A stretch of 53,920 bases of DNA, filler included, from Sphacelaria rigidula (lineage: Eukaryota), in NCBI GenBank assembly GCA_964200075.2. It is 4 parts of 4 records of this genome, joined end to end, with 100 filler letters (N's around TTAATTAATTAA, not from the genome) between each part and the next. Parts side by side here need not be neighbours in the genome. Positions count along the whole stretch, not along the records: positions 1 to 13,407 come from CAXNAA020002900.1; 3 more parts are not named here. One strand, 5' to 3'. The notes below the pieces were generated by a model. It was not told the DNA's origin. It made no database searches and saw nothing but the letters and a program-made list of their open reading frames with translations. Below, piece by piece: positions 1-12,020 of this stretch. The translations under genes were made by a program, and so were the position numbers. Each line of letters opens with the position of its first letter. Positions within the stretch are counted from its first letter, which is position 1.

Positions 1-254
1 AACAAATGAGTACGCCCCCCCCCCTCCCAACCTCGCGCGTCTACACCTTCGGGTTATGGTAGGTGAATGATTCAAGAAACGTCGGGTGAAATATGAATGA
101 CCAGACCAACCAACGGGTGTCATCAAGCCGGTTTCACGGAGTATACATCTCGTCTTTGTTTAGTTCTCTCCGTTGAGTTGCGGCCGGCATCCAAGCACTT
201 CGCCTCTCCCGTGATGTTGGCTGAACGATTGCTCGCGGCTCGTTTCACTTGCAG

Positions 255-407
255 AAGCGTGAACGGAAACGCATCAAGCTTCGTAAAAACCTCAAGCCGT
301 CCACAGACGTCGCGAAACTCGCCGGAGAGGTTATGAAGAAATGCAAGTACGTACATGCTTCAAAGCGAGAAGATCTGGAGAGGGTGATACAAGAATTGCA
401 ACATCAG
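255..407 (+). CDS. KIFAP3: KAP3 exon (KRERKRIKLRK...ERVIQELQHQ)
   Basis: Acceptor ttgcag|, donor cag|gtgggg, 153 nt, phase 0/0. Confidence 0.85.
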
Positions 408-2862
408 GTGGGGTCGCCAGTCCGCTCCGTGTCCGTGAGCACACACCTGTACCTGCCTAAATCTTGCCGCCAGAGGGGGACGGTCGGGCGGGGGTGAGGA
501 CGTGTGGTGAGCGAGGATGGCGGCGTATTTCACAGCAAACACGGCGTTGAAAATAGCATTAATCGATATCGCTGTACCTACTGCCCGCTACATTCTCGCA
601 GAGAGCAGCGGATAGCGGACGCTTTCTACGACAGCCTCCCCAAACAGAGTGGTTGGTTTGGGGATGAAAAATGTACACGTGAATCGAAATGAAAAAGCCC
701 ACGCTTGGGTTCGTTTTTGCTAATGTCGCCCATATAAGGCGCTTCATCAAGCCTGAAACCAAGACATCAAGCGCTGTATGACCAGTTTCTTCGTGACAGT
801 TTTGGGCTGGTTTTTCGGGAGGGCTATCGTAGAAAGACTCTGCGGGGTCCTGATTTTTGCCGTACCAAGTCGCCGCGCCCCTGTGGTCTAACGGTACAAC
901 AGATACCATCAGGTCGGAGAAAATGTGGATTCGATTCCCGCTGGATGCGTCAAGTTTTGTTTATTTTTTTTATCACAGAAGTGTCTGGTTTTTCGTAGTT
1001 GAAAGCGTGAGGACGTACGTGAGAACGTACGTGAGTATCAAAAATAGTATGATTAACTGAGGTTGTTTGGCGACAGTCGACGCGGTGCGGGAGTGTTGGT
1101 CATGATCCAATCCGCGTTGCCAAAAATATGTGAGGCTTGTACAGATGGAGATATGGTTTAATGCCTCGAAGCCACGGGTTCGTACCGAGGAAGGGGGTGG
1201 ATCGGAAATGAGACAGAGGCAACAACAGGCAGCCACAGTTGCTCGCATATGGATCATTTATCTATAGGCATAACAATATAGCACTGCAGTGGGGTAACTC
1301 TGCACTGCGGTCAGAAAAATATTTCAAAACCTTTTCGTTTTTTTTTTTATCACGCCGCATGCTTGCTGTTCAGCTCATTCGGGATGACCTGCTCGTTATA
1401 CACAAGATAGGAAAAAGTGGCACCATTTCTCCCAGTTCTCTGTGACGTTTTTTTCGATTCAAAAATATTTCCTGCTGACATGATTCCCGATTCGTATGTT
1501 GCGGTTCCTTCTCAATCATTCTGATCCAACCCAATTGCACTGCTTACTCGAGCACCCGTCTGATTCGACCAGCTCATCCGAGATGACCTGCGGGCGAGTA
1601 CAGAAGCGGAAGGGGGCGATTGGTGGCGAGGCGGTGCAGGGATAGAGGGGGATGAGCGTGGCAACGGGGAACAAGAGGATGCGCATATGGATAATCTAGA
1701 GGACTATGTTGAACTGCTGTACGAGGGGAAAGACAAGGTGGGGGAGGCTAGTGCAAATGTTCGGAAAATTCAAGGGGATTGGAAGGGGCTGTTTGCGCAT
1801 CAGTGTGAATCATTGGAGTGGTTGCCGTACAGTCACTGTGCTCTCCAAGGTATCCAGTCATTGTCACAAGATGGGGGGGAAATGGATAATGAGCAAATGG
1901 ATAATGCGCCCGAGTCAAACCCGCTTCATGTGTGTTGTCTCTCCGTCTTCTTCACGATGCTCGTGCGGCTCACCTAGATGCAGCTTTTATTTCACCACGC
2001 ACAGTCATATATAAAACCCTTACTTTCTTCTCAAGATATTGCCTTTTGTGTCATTGAGACGACACGACTTACCGGTTACGGTGGTGGAGATAAGATCCTT
2101 GAACTATACATGGCGCTTTTCCGAATGACGCCGGTACTCGACATGACGCTATCAGATCCACGGCCATCTGTATTTTTAACTCCGTCCGAGAAGACCAATC
2201 AGATTAAAATTGGTGGCGCCGAGCAAAAGTTTCCCCCGAAAGACTGGCTGCAGGGTGTGAAAGGGCACGGCTTTTTTAGCGTGCTACCGTGCATCAAACG
2301 AGACTGTCACGTAGCTCGAACCTGTAGCCCCCGTGCTTGTAGGATGACACCACAACCGCCCGTCCCGGACGATAAGAAAAACCGGAAAAGTAGCACGCAA
2401 TTTTTGTTCTCTAAAGACGGTTATGCATATATATCCGACGAAGATATATATGTATAAATATACATATATATATATATATATCCGTCTTTCGGCTAGCGTC
2501 CGATACTCATCACTACCAGAATCCTTGCTGCACGTATTGTTAATCCACATGATACGAGATGTTTAGCTCGTGTTGCTTACTAAAATTCACTTACCCCGTG
2601 TCCCATGCTTGGGATAGACACACGTACTCCACACCGTGCTATGTATACAGCGGGTGTTTTTTACATATTCCTGACGTTTCCTATCTCTCTCTTTCTGATG
2701 GACCGACATCTTTTGTATTCGATTCCCGACCAGGACGATATGACCAAGAAGATCAAGGGCACGGCTCTTATCCTCGACCTCTGTTGCCATGTCGGCAATC
2801 TGGAACACCTTATACAGGTACACAGCACAATCAGCAGCAGTAGCAGCAGTAGCAGTAGCAGT

Positions 2863-2907
<45 letters not shown>

Positions 2908-5900
2908 GCTGGCCCCCACATGCATCGTACGGTTTCGGCGACTCTTGCGCTTCTTCCCAAACACAGAGGAAATAGTGATCTTGCCGTCAGGGGAGGAGCG
3001 GGGTGATTCAAAGCGCTTCCTCCTGCGTGAAGAAGCTGCTTTGAGAGCACCGCTGCGAGGGGAAGACGGAAAACTTCCACTTGGAGGTTCCCTGAAGCAT
3101 ATCAACGCAACATACGTAGTACTGAGGGAGATAGCGGGTGGATTCCTTGCAACCAAGGACTCGTCCCGAGTAATCATAGCAGTTCGAAAGCGTGACAATA
3201 AACAAGCAAACAATTACGTGTCGATAGCGGTCGAAATGAACAGTTTCCCCCATGAAAACGTCCATCAAAGATTTTGATCGAAGGATGAATAGTACAGACA
3301 TGAATCCCTTTTTATCTCGTGCAACACATTTCATTTCACTCTCCTACTGCATGATCCGTCTTGAAAAAGATGCGTGGTCAATGGCCAAACGGCTGAGGCA
3401 AGCAACAGATGAGTACACCCTCCCCCCTACCTCTGACCGGTAGAGAGCAGTACTGTAAACTCTCATGCCCGATGCGCATCTTCGTCAAAGTGCTTGTTCT
3501 GAATTACGCCACATATGTCTTCATGCCCGCAAACGACGTCCCGGGAATATCCATGTCGCTACCCACGAACACCAACTCGTCCTGCGCGAAAGCAAACACC
3601 TCGTGTTCTTGACCGTCACATTTCTAGTACAAGCTTCCCGCTATTTCATAGATGATGTCGGTTCGTGATTTCTAATTCTGATCCTCGCCTCTTGCGGTCG
3701 CTGAATGTCCAGTATCACCCCCCTTCTCTTGCGTGTATTTACCAGCCTGAGCAATAAAGTGTACGCGGGCGCCAAAAGCAGACCAATTGATAGGTGACAG
3801 GACGTTAGACTAAAGCATGCGGTATGGTGTGTTGCAACTGGATGCTGCATTTACTCAGTTGCAGCCTCAAAATACACCACAAACACTGAAATCTGCTTGC
3901 AGGTAGGCATCAGTGACTACCATCTACGTACAAGGCGAGAACAGGCTTTTCGACAAAAACTGGATAGACAACGATAATAAAAGTTTGTGCTGCAATTACG
4001 TTCACTCACTGGTTTCACAAATGGTATATACCCTCACGAGTTTTGTTATAATTCTTGAATGCGTTTCGCCGCTTTTTGGTATTCTTTTTACCCTTCTGGC
4101 CACTCGTACCGTCAAGGATCACACTCTTATGGGGGCATTAACGCGGGTGTTGAGCGAGGAATACAAGAAAAGTGTCGAGCTGTGCTACAACATACTCCGC
4201 GCCTTTCTGGTGAGCTTTCTTTCGAGGAGAACGGTGGGGGAGAGTAATATTTGAACATGTGTTTGGCACTTGTGGGTGTGTGAGAGGGTGTCGTGTCGAC
4301 TGGAGACGAGAGTCTCACCACGCTCCGATGACATAATCTGTCAGAGATACAGGCAAGCAAGGTGACATACAGGCAAACACGGCGAATGGCGGGAATACTT
4401 CGCCGGGTTGATGTGCACACCCTGAACAATACACTGTCAAGGAGTCTAATGTGCACAGCATCGACTATTGCGCATATTACACCAGACAAAAGATTCCATA
4501 CCGTACGCAGTACATCGTTTTACCAGGGAATCTTTTGTCCAGGGTGTATTGTGTGTGTGGATATAGATACACATTTGATTGAACGTTACCTAGCTCACGT
4601 CTGATAAAGGTTAAAAGCTTTAAAATACTCCTGCGAAATGTACAAGGGCAGAACATCCGCGCTTGCGAGTTTGGAGTATCCGTGTCTACAGTTGTGTTTG
4701 TGGCGTGTGTGTTGTGCACGTCTATGGCTAGACGATCATCGGTCGCGGCGGGGTGGTAACGCGACAGTACCTTTCACTGGCGAGTAGGTATTTTATGCAT
4801 CGGCGCATCGCTGCCTTGCCTCTTTCAGTATGCTACTAACGCGAACATGAAATGTATCTTGCTTGTCATACCGCTTCTTCAGCTGTATCGTTTCGACTCA
4901 GACGACTTACCCCACAGGCAACCAAGATTTCCAAAAACGGCCACAATCATATAAATTTTCTAGGGGCGGCTCTTGATTGCTAGCCCTGCCCTCCACGTCA
5001 GAAACCGCCGTCACGTATACCCTTGAGGGAATGTTTGCAAAAACATATTGGGGCAGGTCACGAAGTAACCGAAGGAGAAATCCAAGAAAGAAACTCAAGT
5101 AGAATCCTGATGAGGAGCGAGTGGTACAGGATACTTGATCTAGATCTTCCTTCATATTCCTCAGAACGTGCCTCAAGCTTTGTGCCGTACACACACATTG
5201 TTCCTTCCGCTTAAGGCCTTTTCGAACTTCATGGAGATGCATCCCATCCTATCAACCTATCGCGTGGGAAACATCACCCTCAAGATCGCGGAGCTCGAGG
5301 TGCAGCGGGCGCAGCATAGGTAAGAAGCATGCTATGATATACTAGTCGCTCTCCGCAAACTGTTCTCAGTAGATATACGGGGGAAAACAAAAAACAACTT
5401 TTAGCATTATTTTTTTCAGAAGTCGAAGTTTCCTGAACCGTTCGGATGGGATCGTTCAGTTTCCGGACTACTATATCCACGTTTTTGCGTCTAATGACGT
5501 TGAAGAAACGTTTAGAATATACGAAGAAACGTCTAGAGAGATAAGTCTAAGAAGTGTCTTGCGAAACCTGAGAAGCGTCTAGGATAGTTCCCCAAACGTC
5601 TGGGAGAGTCTGAGAAATGTCTAAGAGCTCTCAGAAATGACTATGGGCGTGTAAGAAATGACGAAGGGGTACGTAACAAACGAACGAGTGAGGATAACTT
5701 AAGGAATCGCCGAGGACAGGAGGGCACATTGGTGATTGCGAATATATTTGGACCTCATGAATTCTTCTGAACAAAATGTAATGATTAGTAGGCTACAGGT
5801 TAACAAGTCAACACCATGCATACGTACGCCAACTACGCTACGTAAGCGTCTCGACTGATGAAAAAGAGTTCAGTGAACCATCACAAACATGGGGAAAGAC

Positions 5901-8900
5901 AATGCACACTGTGGTACCCGTACACGTGAGCACTTGTCTCATGGACGCGGTAGGTCAGGAATTGTTTGGGATTGTCTCGAAAGACCGTGGCACGTACATG
6001 GGTACCACAGTGTGCACCGTCTTTCCCCATGTTTGTGACGGTTCCATGAACTTGTTTTATCAAGCGAGATGCGTACGTAGCGTATTTTGCGTACGTATGC
6101 ATGGTGTTGACTCGCAAACCTGTAACCTGCTAGTCGTCAAAGCTAGCTCAACAGAATTCATTGAGTCAGCATATATTCGCAATCACCAATGTCCAGTGTT
6201 TGCGGTGTCGTATTAATGTAATCGTCATACTCCGTATCCGGTAAAGTGTCGCGAGGTGTGCAGCAGAGCATCACGTGCTGCATACATGCAACGCGGTGCG
6301 CGCCAAGATTTCAAAAGGCTGGGCCAGCTAGATCTTCGTTCGGAATTGGACCCGAAACAATGAAGTTCGTGGGATCAACAAGGCTGTAGAAACGATCGAT
6401 ACAGAGCCGGTGCGGCGTGTCTACTGCATGCCTCTTGACTCTTGACTGGGTGGCCCTAAAGCCTTCCCAGCCGTCGCTCGTCAGCTCTGCGAGATTTTGA
6501 GACGTCCTCAGCGACGCCCTGCAGCTCTGCAACGGTTGGCGTGCACTTTGGTGCAATTTACCCATCTAAAAGCGTCCTCCTTCCCCAGAGAGGAGATTGA
6601 CGCCTGACCTTCCCTAGAAAATACATCGAGACGCACATTCACACACGTCTGAGGAGACTTCGCCAAGGGAGCAAAGCGGTAATTCTTCTACCCCGTCTTC
6701 GAGGACAGGTACCTGGAGCAGTAACGTCCCGCCATTGGCTGGCGTATAATAGTGTGCATAGGTGTTGCCCACCATGCCGCCGTAGGTCATCATCCAGAGG
6801 ACATCGCGCGAGCGAGGTGAAAAGAAGCCCAGTCAACCTTAACTTCCACGTCAACTGGGGTGGCCACGCATACGAAAGTTGTGTCGCTGGAAGTGCCCCA
6901 TGGAGGGTCTTTTGTCGTTAAGCGATGTCCCATGGAAGTGCGAGGCCTATTTCACGGTTTCCCAGAGAAAGTAGAGGTCGGGTCTCTTTCCGCCTCGAAT
7001 AGTATACTTCCTGACATGTGTTATGTATGTACATCATCGCTACAAACGTCGGGGTCTGACGGTATCCGTTCCGAAGGGATTTTCCTGCTACGCCGGTCCG
7101 GACATTTAGTTTGCATATATGCTCACAACTTTCTTTCGGTGGAAATTGTCGCCCTTTAAGAGATTGACAGTCAGCAAACTTTGAAGAGAAGAAGCTAGAG
7201 TTATACGCACGATAAAGACCCCCCCCCCAACCAACTAAGAAACTAAGCAATCAATCAATCAATCAACCAACCAATCAACCAACCAATCAACCAATCAATT
7301 ATTCAACTGGTCAACCAACCAACCAGTCAATCGATTCAATAATCGATCGATCTAACGGTCAACATAATCAACCAACCAGTCAATCAATCTATAATAACAA
7401 TCAACCGAGCTAACGGTCAGCATAACCAACCAACCAATCAATCAATCGATCGAACAACCAACGAATGCAGGATCCAGTTTTCCGAAACTCTGAAATGATG
7501 TTGCGCGTTACACATTTCTTGAATAATACTCTCGTTTCGGCGCACTCGCCGGCTATTCTGTGAGAACGTGGAGGCAATGTCAGCGCTGTTTCATACCCCC
7601 CCCCTGAGGAGTACTCCGATGCCACGTAGTTCTGCTTGTTGACCAATCAGCCGATCAATGAATGGACCGACCAAGCGACCAAGCGACCAAGCGACCAACA
7701 GACCAAGCAACCAATCAACCAATCAACCAAGCAACCAATCGACCAATATGGAGACCAACCGATCAATCAACCCACCAACCCACTAACTAGCCAGGGTAGA
7801 ACTCGGTTCACGAATATGGTAAATAGCCGCATGCTGGTGAAGTAGTCATTCCACGCCGTACACTGTACCTCATCATGTAAGGGGGAGGAGGAACCATTAA
7901 TAGGAAAACTGATCCCTAACTTGGACCCACACGCCGAAGACACTGAGGTGTTCACTATAGTAGAGTCATTCTGTTGTTGATGGACAAATATTTCCTTCAG
8001 CCATTGAACCACTTCTTTGGGAACTTAACCGGGTACAGAAATATTGTCCTCGGACGAAAGCACTATCCAACGCGACCGCGTGCTTCTGCACCAGGCAGGA
8101 TGAGAAACGCAAGCGAGCGGCGGAGGTGGATCGAGCCCTGAGGGAAACAGCGGGGGACGAGACCTTGATAGCCACAATAAAACGACGGGCACAAAGAGAG
8201 GAGGCCAAGCATAAGGCGAGATGTACTTCGATTCTCACCCACTACTAGCAGTATTAAGTCACACACGTTGGTCGATTCCTCAGACCCACGGTCTGTGGTT
8301 GTCTCTTAAACCGTCACAGGTCGCAGGGTGTAAGGAGATCCGGGAACCACATACATCCCTCCGTACAGAGCAGAATATCTTGTACAAAAAGGAAAAAGCG
8401 TGTAATTCTCTAGTAACCTATATCTTTTGTGCCCTGGGTGACGTCGGGTTGTGCATACAGAACTGCTGAACCCCTCTCGCGATAAAAAAAATAAAGGCAA
8501 GCACCGCAGAAGGAAGGTGGGGTACTAAAAAACAATTAAAAAAAGAAAAAGCTTCTGTGTTGACCTTCCTCCTGTGTGACCCTGGCTGATGCGCCCACAT
8601 ATACCGAAGAGTATAGACCGGCGTCCAGAATAGAAGGGACGACAACACAGAGACATCGCTACACTGAAATCAGGGGTCGTTTTTTCGTCTTGTTCCTTTC
8701 TCGAGCTTCCTTCAGCGAGTGTTCTCATTCTTAATTACCGTGGCCACGTCTATCTTGTGACTGCGGCTGGATCCCACGGGGATTAGTTAAGGTAGTGCGA
8801 CAACCAACCAATCAATCAACCAATCGATCAATCAATCAACCAACCAATCAATCGGTCATAGTTACCCGAGGAGCGCTGAGGACAAGGATATCGTAGTCCT

Positions 8901-11202
8901 GATAGGCGTATCTTTACGTACCCACAAAATAAGTGCTACTGTAAAATACATATCTTGTTTTCTTCACGGAACAGGTTCAGACGAAGCGGCAGGACAAGCT
9001 GCTGTTCGTGGGGTTACACGTGCTCATCAACCTGGCCGAGGATGTTTCTACAGAGAGAAAAATGGTGAGAGGGAGTGAGTAACGACGCGGATGAACACGA
9101 AGAAGTGTATCGCCGCATCCGCATCAAAGTTATCGTCGAACAGACAGCAAATGTACCATACATCTACCGTGTAAGACGACTGAAGGAGAGCTTCCAGGCA
9201 GCCTGTGAATAAGTACTGTCTGTTCGAGTTCCCTGATAACCTGGCTCACCCATAATAATTGCTGGTGCTTACCTCTTCCTAAACCTTAGTCTTTGTGATC
9301 CATGTAGGCATTATTGAACCGTTTCGCCAACCCTGTTTTTCTGTCTCGGCGGATTTTCTGTGGATGCAAGTGTCTACAATGTTGGGTACCGGTCCTTTCT
9401 TCACGCAGCACGAGAGAAACTCACCACGCAGAGGAAAGCATTAGAGAATTCCCAAAATAGTGCAGTCAGCTAGACATTAAGCTCACGGAAACTGTGCTAA
9501 CAGAAAAGAGCTGGCTTCTAAAACGTTTTTTGTGGTCATTCATGGTATATTATACGCCGTCAGGGAACCGCAGAAGCGTCACCCGATTTTGAAGGAGAGA
9601 TCTATAACCCTGAAACACCGGGAAAGTTGTTTTTTTCCCCAGGATGTGGACAATTCAAACTTTGTTAGCTGGCGCTGGCTTTAATTAAAACGTCATCCAC
9701 GTGCGCTTCATGAAAAAACACATATTTTCTGAGAGGGCAACGATGAAATATTAAGTAAGAACATGTCCGATGTAGAAACGGCTTGGTTTGTGTCGATGTC
9801 CCCTTACTGATTCACGCGGTTTTTCAAGCAGCTACTCGTAAGACTGGTGAATGATTCTGTCTGGACGCCTCTTGTTCCCCCCAGCGCAACTCAGTTCAGT
9901 TGATATGTAATCGAGGAGGAAGCTCCGGATCAACCCTTCGTTCTTGATTTTCTTAGCGTCACGAGTTTTTTCAGGTGCTGTGTGGGACCGAAAACGTGTG
10001 TGTAAAGCAGTTGGACTGATCCACTTTTGATTGATTGATTGATTGTCGCACTTTAGCTGACCCCCCAGGGGTCCAGCCGTGGTCTCATGATAGACGTACG
10101 TACCCAAGAGAACGAAACTGAAACACGCTCTGAGGAAAAAGGAGGAACAGAAAAAAAGAAAGAGGGGTCGAACAGAACGACCTAGCAGACTAAGTCGTGA
10201 CGAAAAAACAAAATGCAATAAAAAAAGTCAACACAAGCAAAGCACAGAAAGAAATGGCCGACCTAAAACAAGAAAAAAAGGAAAAGAAGAGGAAAGTACA
10301 AAGCAAATGAAATAAAATACAACGGAACGATGGGAAAAAAGAAGAAGAAGAAGAAGAAAGAAAAGGCCCAAGGGATTCAGGGCAGCAGAGTAGATACAGA
10401 CTGTACATTGAAAACCTATTTTCGCTGGCCATAGAACACGATTATCCGAAACTTTGTATGATAAACATATAGATTCACCTTTACCAGTACTCGTTTTCGC
10501 TGTCGTGTTTCATTTCGTGGTCTTCTGCTGACATCCCGTCCGGTTTGATCGGACATACTTTAACTCTTTGCTGACTCCCAAGTGCCGGGATGTAGCTGTG
10601 CGTAGGTGTGCTCGTTGGTCGATTGAAATTGGTATTATGTTTGTTTCGTATACATGATCGTTGGGCATTGTGTGAAGCAGGTGGTTGGCCTCCAACAGAC
10701 ACTCGGTGGTGATCTACCTTTTCTGTTGACCGTTGATGTCCATCTGTTCGCGCTCTAAAGACTAAGATCCGCGGCATTTGATTTGATTGGTTGATTGTCG
10801 CACTTTAACTGACCGCACATGGATCCAGCCGTGGTCGCATGATAGACGTACTCAAGAAAAAAAAAACTGAAACACTTGTTCACGAAAACGAAAGAGCAGA
10901 AAAAAGTCGAACCGAACGACATAGTAGACTAAGTCGTGATAAAAAAAAACAAGGAAGCAAAAAATCAACAAAAGCAATGCACAGAAAGAGATAGCCGACC
11001 TGAAAAAAAAGAGGAGCAGAAAATAAAAAAATAAAATGGAATAAAGTAATTAGAAAATGAAAAAGCCCAAGTACGTGTTTCGCGATTATTTGTTTGTGCT
11101 TTCAAGGTGAGGAAAGGACTGGTGGAGTTGCTGCGAGCACTCCTGGAGCGAGCGAGCGTGAATCTCTTGTATCTGGCTGCTACCTTTCTCAAGAAACTAT
11201 CG
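255..11202 (+). CDS. KIFAP3: Kinesin-associated protein 3 (KAP3/KIFAP3, heterotrimeric kinesin-2 armadillo-repeat subunit); partial spliced gene, 8 internal exons
   Basis: Exons 255-407, 1573-1737, 2734-2817, 4117-4209, 5216-5319, 8095-8215, 8975-9064 and 11107-11202 join in phase. The translation includes ...NLEDYVELLYEGKDKDDMTKKIKGTALILDLCCHVGNLEHLIQDHTLMGALTRVLSEEYKKSVELCYNILRAFLAFSNFMEMHPILSTYRVG... and ...RQDKLLFVGLHVLINLAEDVSTERKMVRKGLVELLRALLERASVNLLYLAATFLKKLS. These match KAP3 motifs recalled from known proteins (YIELLYED..KVRGSALIL, GALARVLREDWKQSVEL, LLNLAED...ELKM, SFLKKLS). The 5' and 3' ends were not found on this contig. Confidence 0.93.
1573..1737 (+). CDS. KIFAP3: KAP3 exon (LIRDDL...NLEDYVELLYEGKDK)
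   Basis: Acceptor ccag|, donor aag|gtgggg, 165 nt, conserved EDYVELLYE. Confidence 0.88.
2734..2817 (+). CDS. KIFAP3: KAP3 exon (DDMTKKIKGTALILDLCCHVGNLEHLIQ)
   Basis: Acceptor ccag|, donor cag|gtacac, 84 nt. Confidence 0.9.
2832..2907. repeat. (CAG/TAG)n trinucleotide microsatellite in a KAP3 intron
   Basis: cagcagcagtagcagcagtag... about 25 units immediately after the exon donor. Confidence 0.95.
4117..4209 (+). CDS. KIFAP3: KAP3 exon (DHTLMGALTRVLSEEYKKSVELCYNILRAFL)
   Basis: Acceptor caag|, donor ctg|gtgagc, 93 nt. Confidence 0.92.
5216..5319 (+). CDS. KIFAP3: KAP3 exon (AFSNFMEMHPILSTYRVGNITLKIAELEVQRAQH)
   Basis: Acceptor taag|, donor ag|gtaaga, 104 nt, phase 0/2. Confidence 0.92.
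5726..6192. mobile_element. Foldback/MITE-like element with ~200-bp inverted arms in a KAP3 intron
   Basis: The left arm acattggtgattgcgaatatat...gtcaacaccatgcatacgtacgc...tcacaaacatggggaaagac...gtggtaccc is mirrored on the right by gggtaccac...gtctttccccatgtttgtga...gcgtacgtatgcatggtgttgac...atatattcgcaatcaccaatgt. Confidence 0.85.
7228..7790. repeat. (AATC/AACC)n-like low-complexity tracts flanking a short unique segment
   Basis: aatcaatcaaccaacc arrays at ~7230-7460 and ~7637-7790. Confidence 0.85.
8095..8215 (+). CDS. KIFAP3: KAP3 exon (charged linker QDEKRKRAAEVDRAL...REEAKHK), probable GC donor
   Basis: Acceptor ccag| in phase 2 matches the previous exon. A phase-0 end at aag|gcgaga matches the next exon. 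Confidence 0.78.
8470..8650 (-). repeat. Dispersed non-coding repeat family A (...tgtgggcgcatcagccggggtcacacaggaggaaggtcaacacag...)
   Basis: Reverse complement matches copies at ~27280-27460 and ~37383-37480 on other contigs. Confidence 0.85.
8975..9064 (+). CDS. KIFAP3: KAP3 exon (VQTKRQDKLLFVGLHVLINLAEDVSTERKM)
   Basis: Acceptor acag|, donor atg|gtgaga, 90 nt, conserved LINLAED. Confidence 0.92.
10027..10330. repeat. Dispersed repeat family B ((GATT)n-gtcgcactttaactgacccccaggggtccagccgtgg...tgatagacgtaccc... with A-rich body)
   Basis: Near-identical copies at ~10779-11040 and ~18147-18900; more diverged copies at ~8690-8830, ~11390-11500 and ~37210-37340. Confidence 0.85.
10779..11040. 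repeat. Second copy of dispersed repeat family B
   Basis: gattgtcgcactttaactgacc...tccagccgtggtcgcatgatagacgta...agactaagtcgtga...gcacagaaagagatagccgacctgaaa. Confidence 0.85.
11107..11202 (+). CDS. KIFAP3: KAP3 exon (VRKGLVELLRALLERASVNLLYLAATFLKKLS)
   Basis: Acceptor ttcaag|, donor tcg|gtgcgt, 96 nt, conserved FLKKLS. Confidence 0.92.
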
Positions 11203-11489
11203 GTGCGTGTTAGATTTTATGTACCGTAGGGTACTGATACCCCGACCGGGATGGAACTACACTAGAATATCTTTCTGGCCTTTTCCTTTTTTGGTTCTGT
11301 TTGTTTTGATTTTAGTTTTTCAGATCACCGTGTTTGTTCTCTTTCTCCATAGATATATACATACATACGTTGTCATGTTCTTCCCTTCGCGAGCTTCCTG
11401 CTGACGAGTACTTCTGTTTTCGTTTTCCTTGGGTACGTCTACCTTGTAGATAATGACCAACGCTGGATACATGATCAATTAGTGTGCGA

Positions 11490-12020
11490 CAATCGATCAA
11501 TCAATCAATCAATCGATCAATCGATCAATCAATCGATCAATCAATCACTCGAGCAATCAATTGAACACTGAATCAATTGAGAAATCAATCAATTGAACTG
11601 TCAATTGAACAATCAATCAAGGGATCAATGGATCAGTGGATCAGTGGATCAGTGGATCAATGAACCAATGAATCAATGAACCAATGGATCAATGAACCAA
11701 TGAATCAATGAACCAATGGATTAATGAATCAATGAATCAATGAACTGATGAATCAACGAATAAATCGATCCATCAATCAATCACTTGAACAATCAATTGA
11801 ACACTGCATCAATTGAGAAATCAATCAATTGAACAATCAGTTGAACAATCAATCAAGGGATCAATGGATCAATGGATCAATGAGTCAATGAGTCAATGAG
11901 TCAATGAGTCAATGAATAAATGAATGAATGAGTGAATGCATGAATGAATGAATGAATCAATGTATTAATGAATCAATGAATAAATGAATAAATCGATGGA
12001 TCAATCAACCAATCAATCAT
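11490..12020. repeat. Compound (AATC)/(AATG)/(ATCAATGA) microsatellite with a ~240-bp internal duplication
   Basis: caatcaattgaacactg-atcaattgagaaatcaatcaattgaac...aatcaatcaagggatcaatggatca occurs twice (~11555-11635 and ~11790-11875). Confidence 0.9.

Noticed and set aside
2587..3277. Long overlapping ORFs with poly-Ser/Ala/Leu
   Set aside because: They are produced by the intronic CAG/TAG microsatellite; only 2734-2817 is coding
6300..7000. LINE 3'-end relic on the minus strand
   Set aside because: Only faint resemblance (RRRGRR...EGGRF) across frameshifts; cannot be supported without a search
11490..12020. CRISPR-like or telomeric array
   Set aside because: Simple 4-8-nt units with no unique spacers and no TTAGGG repeats
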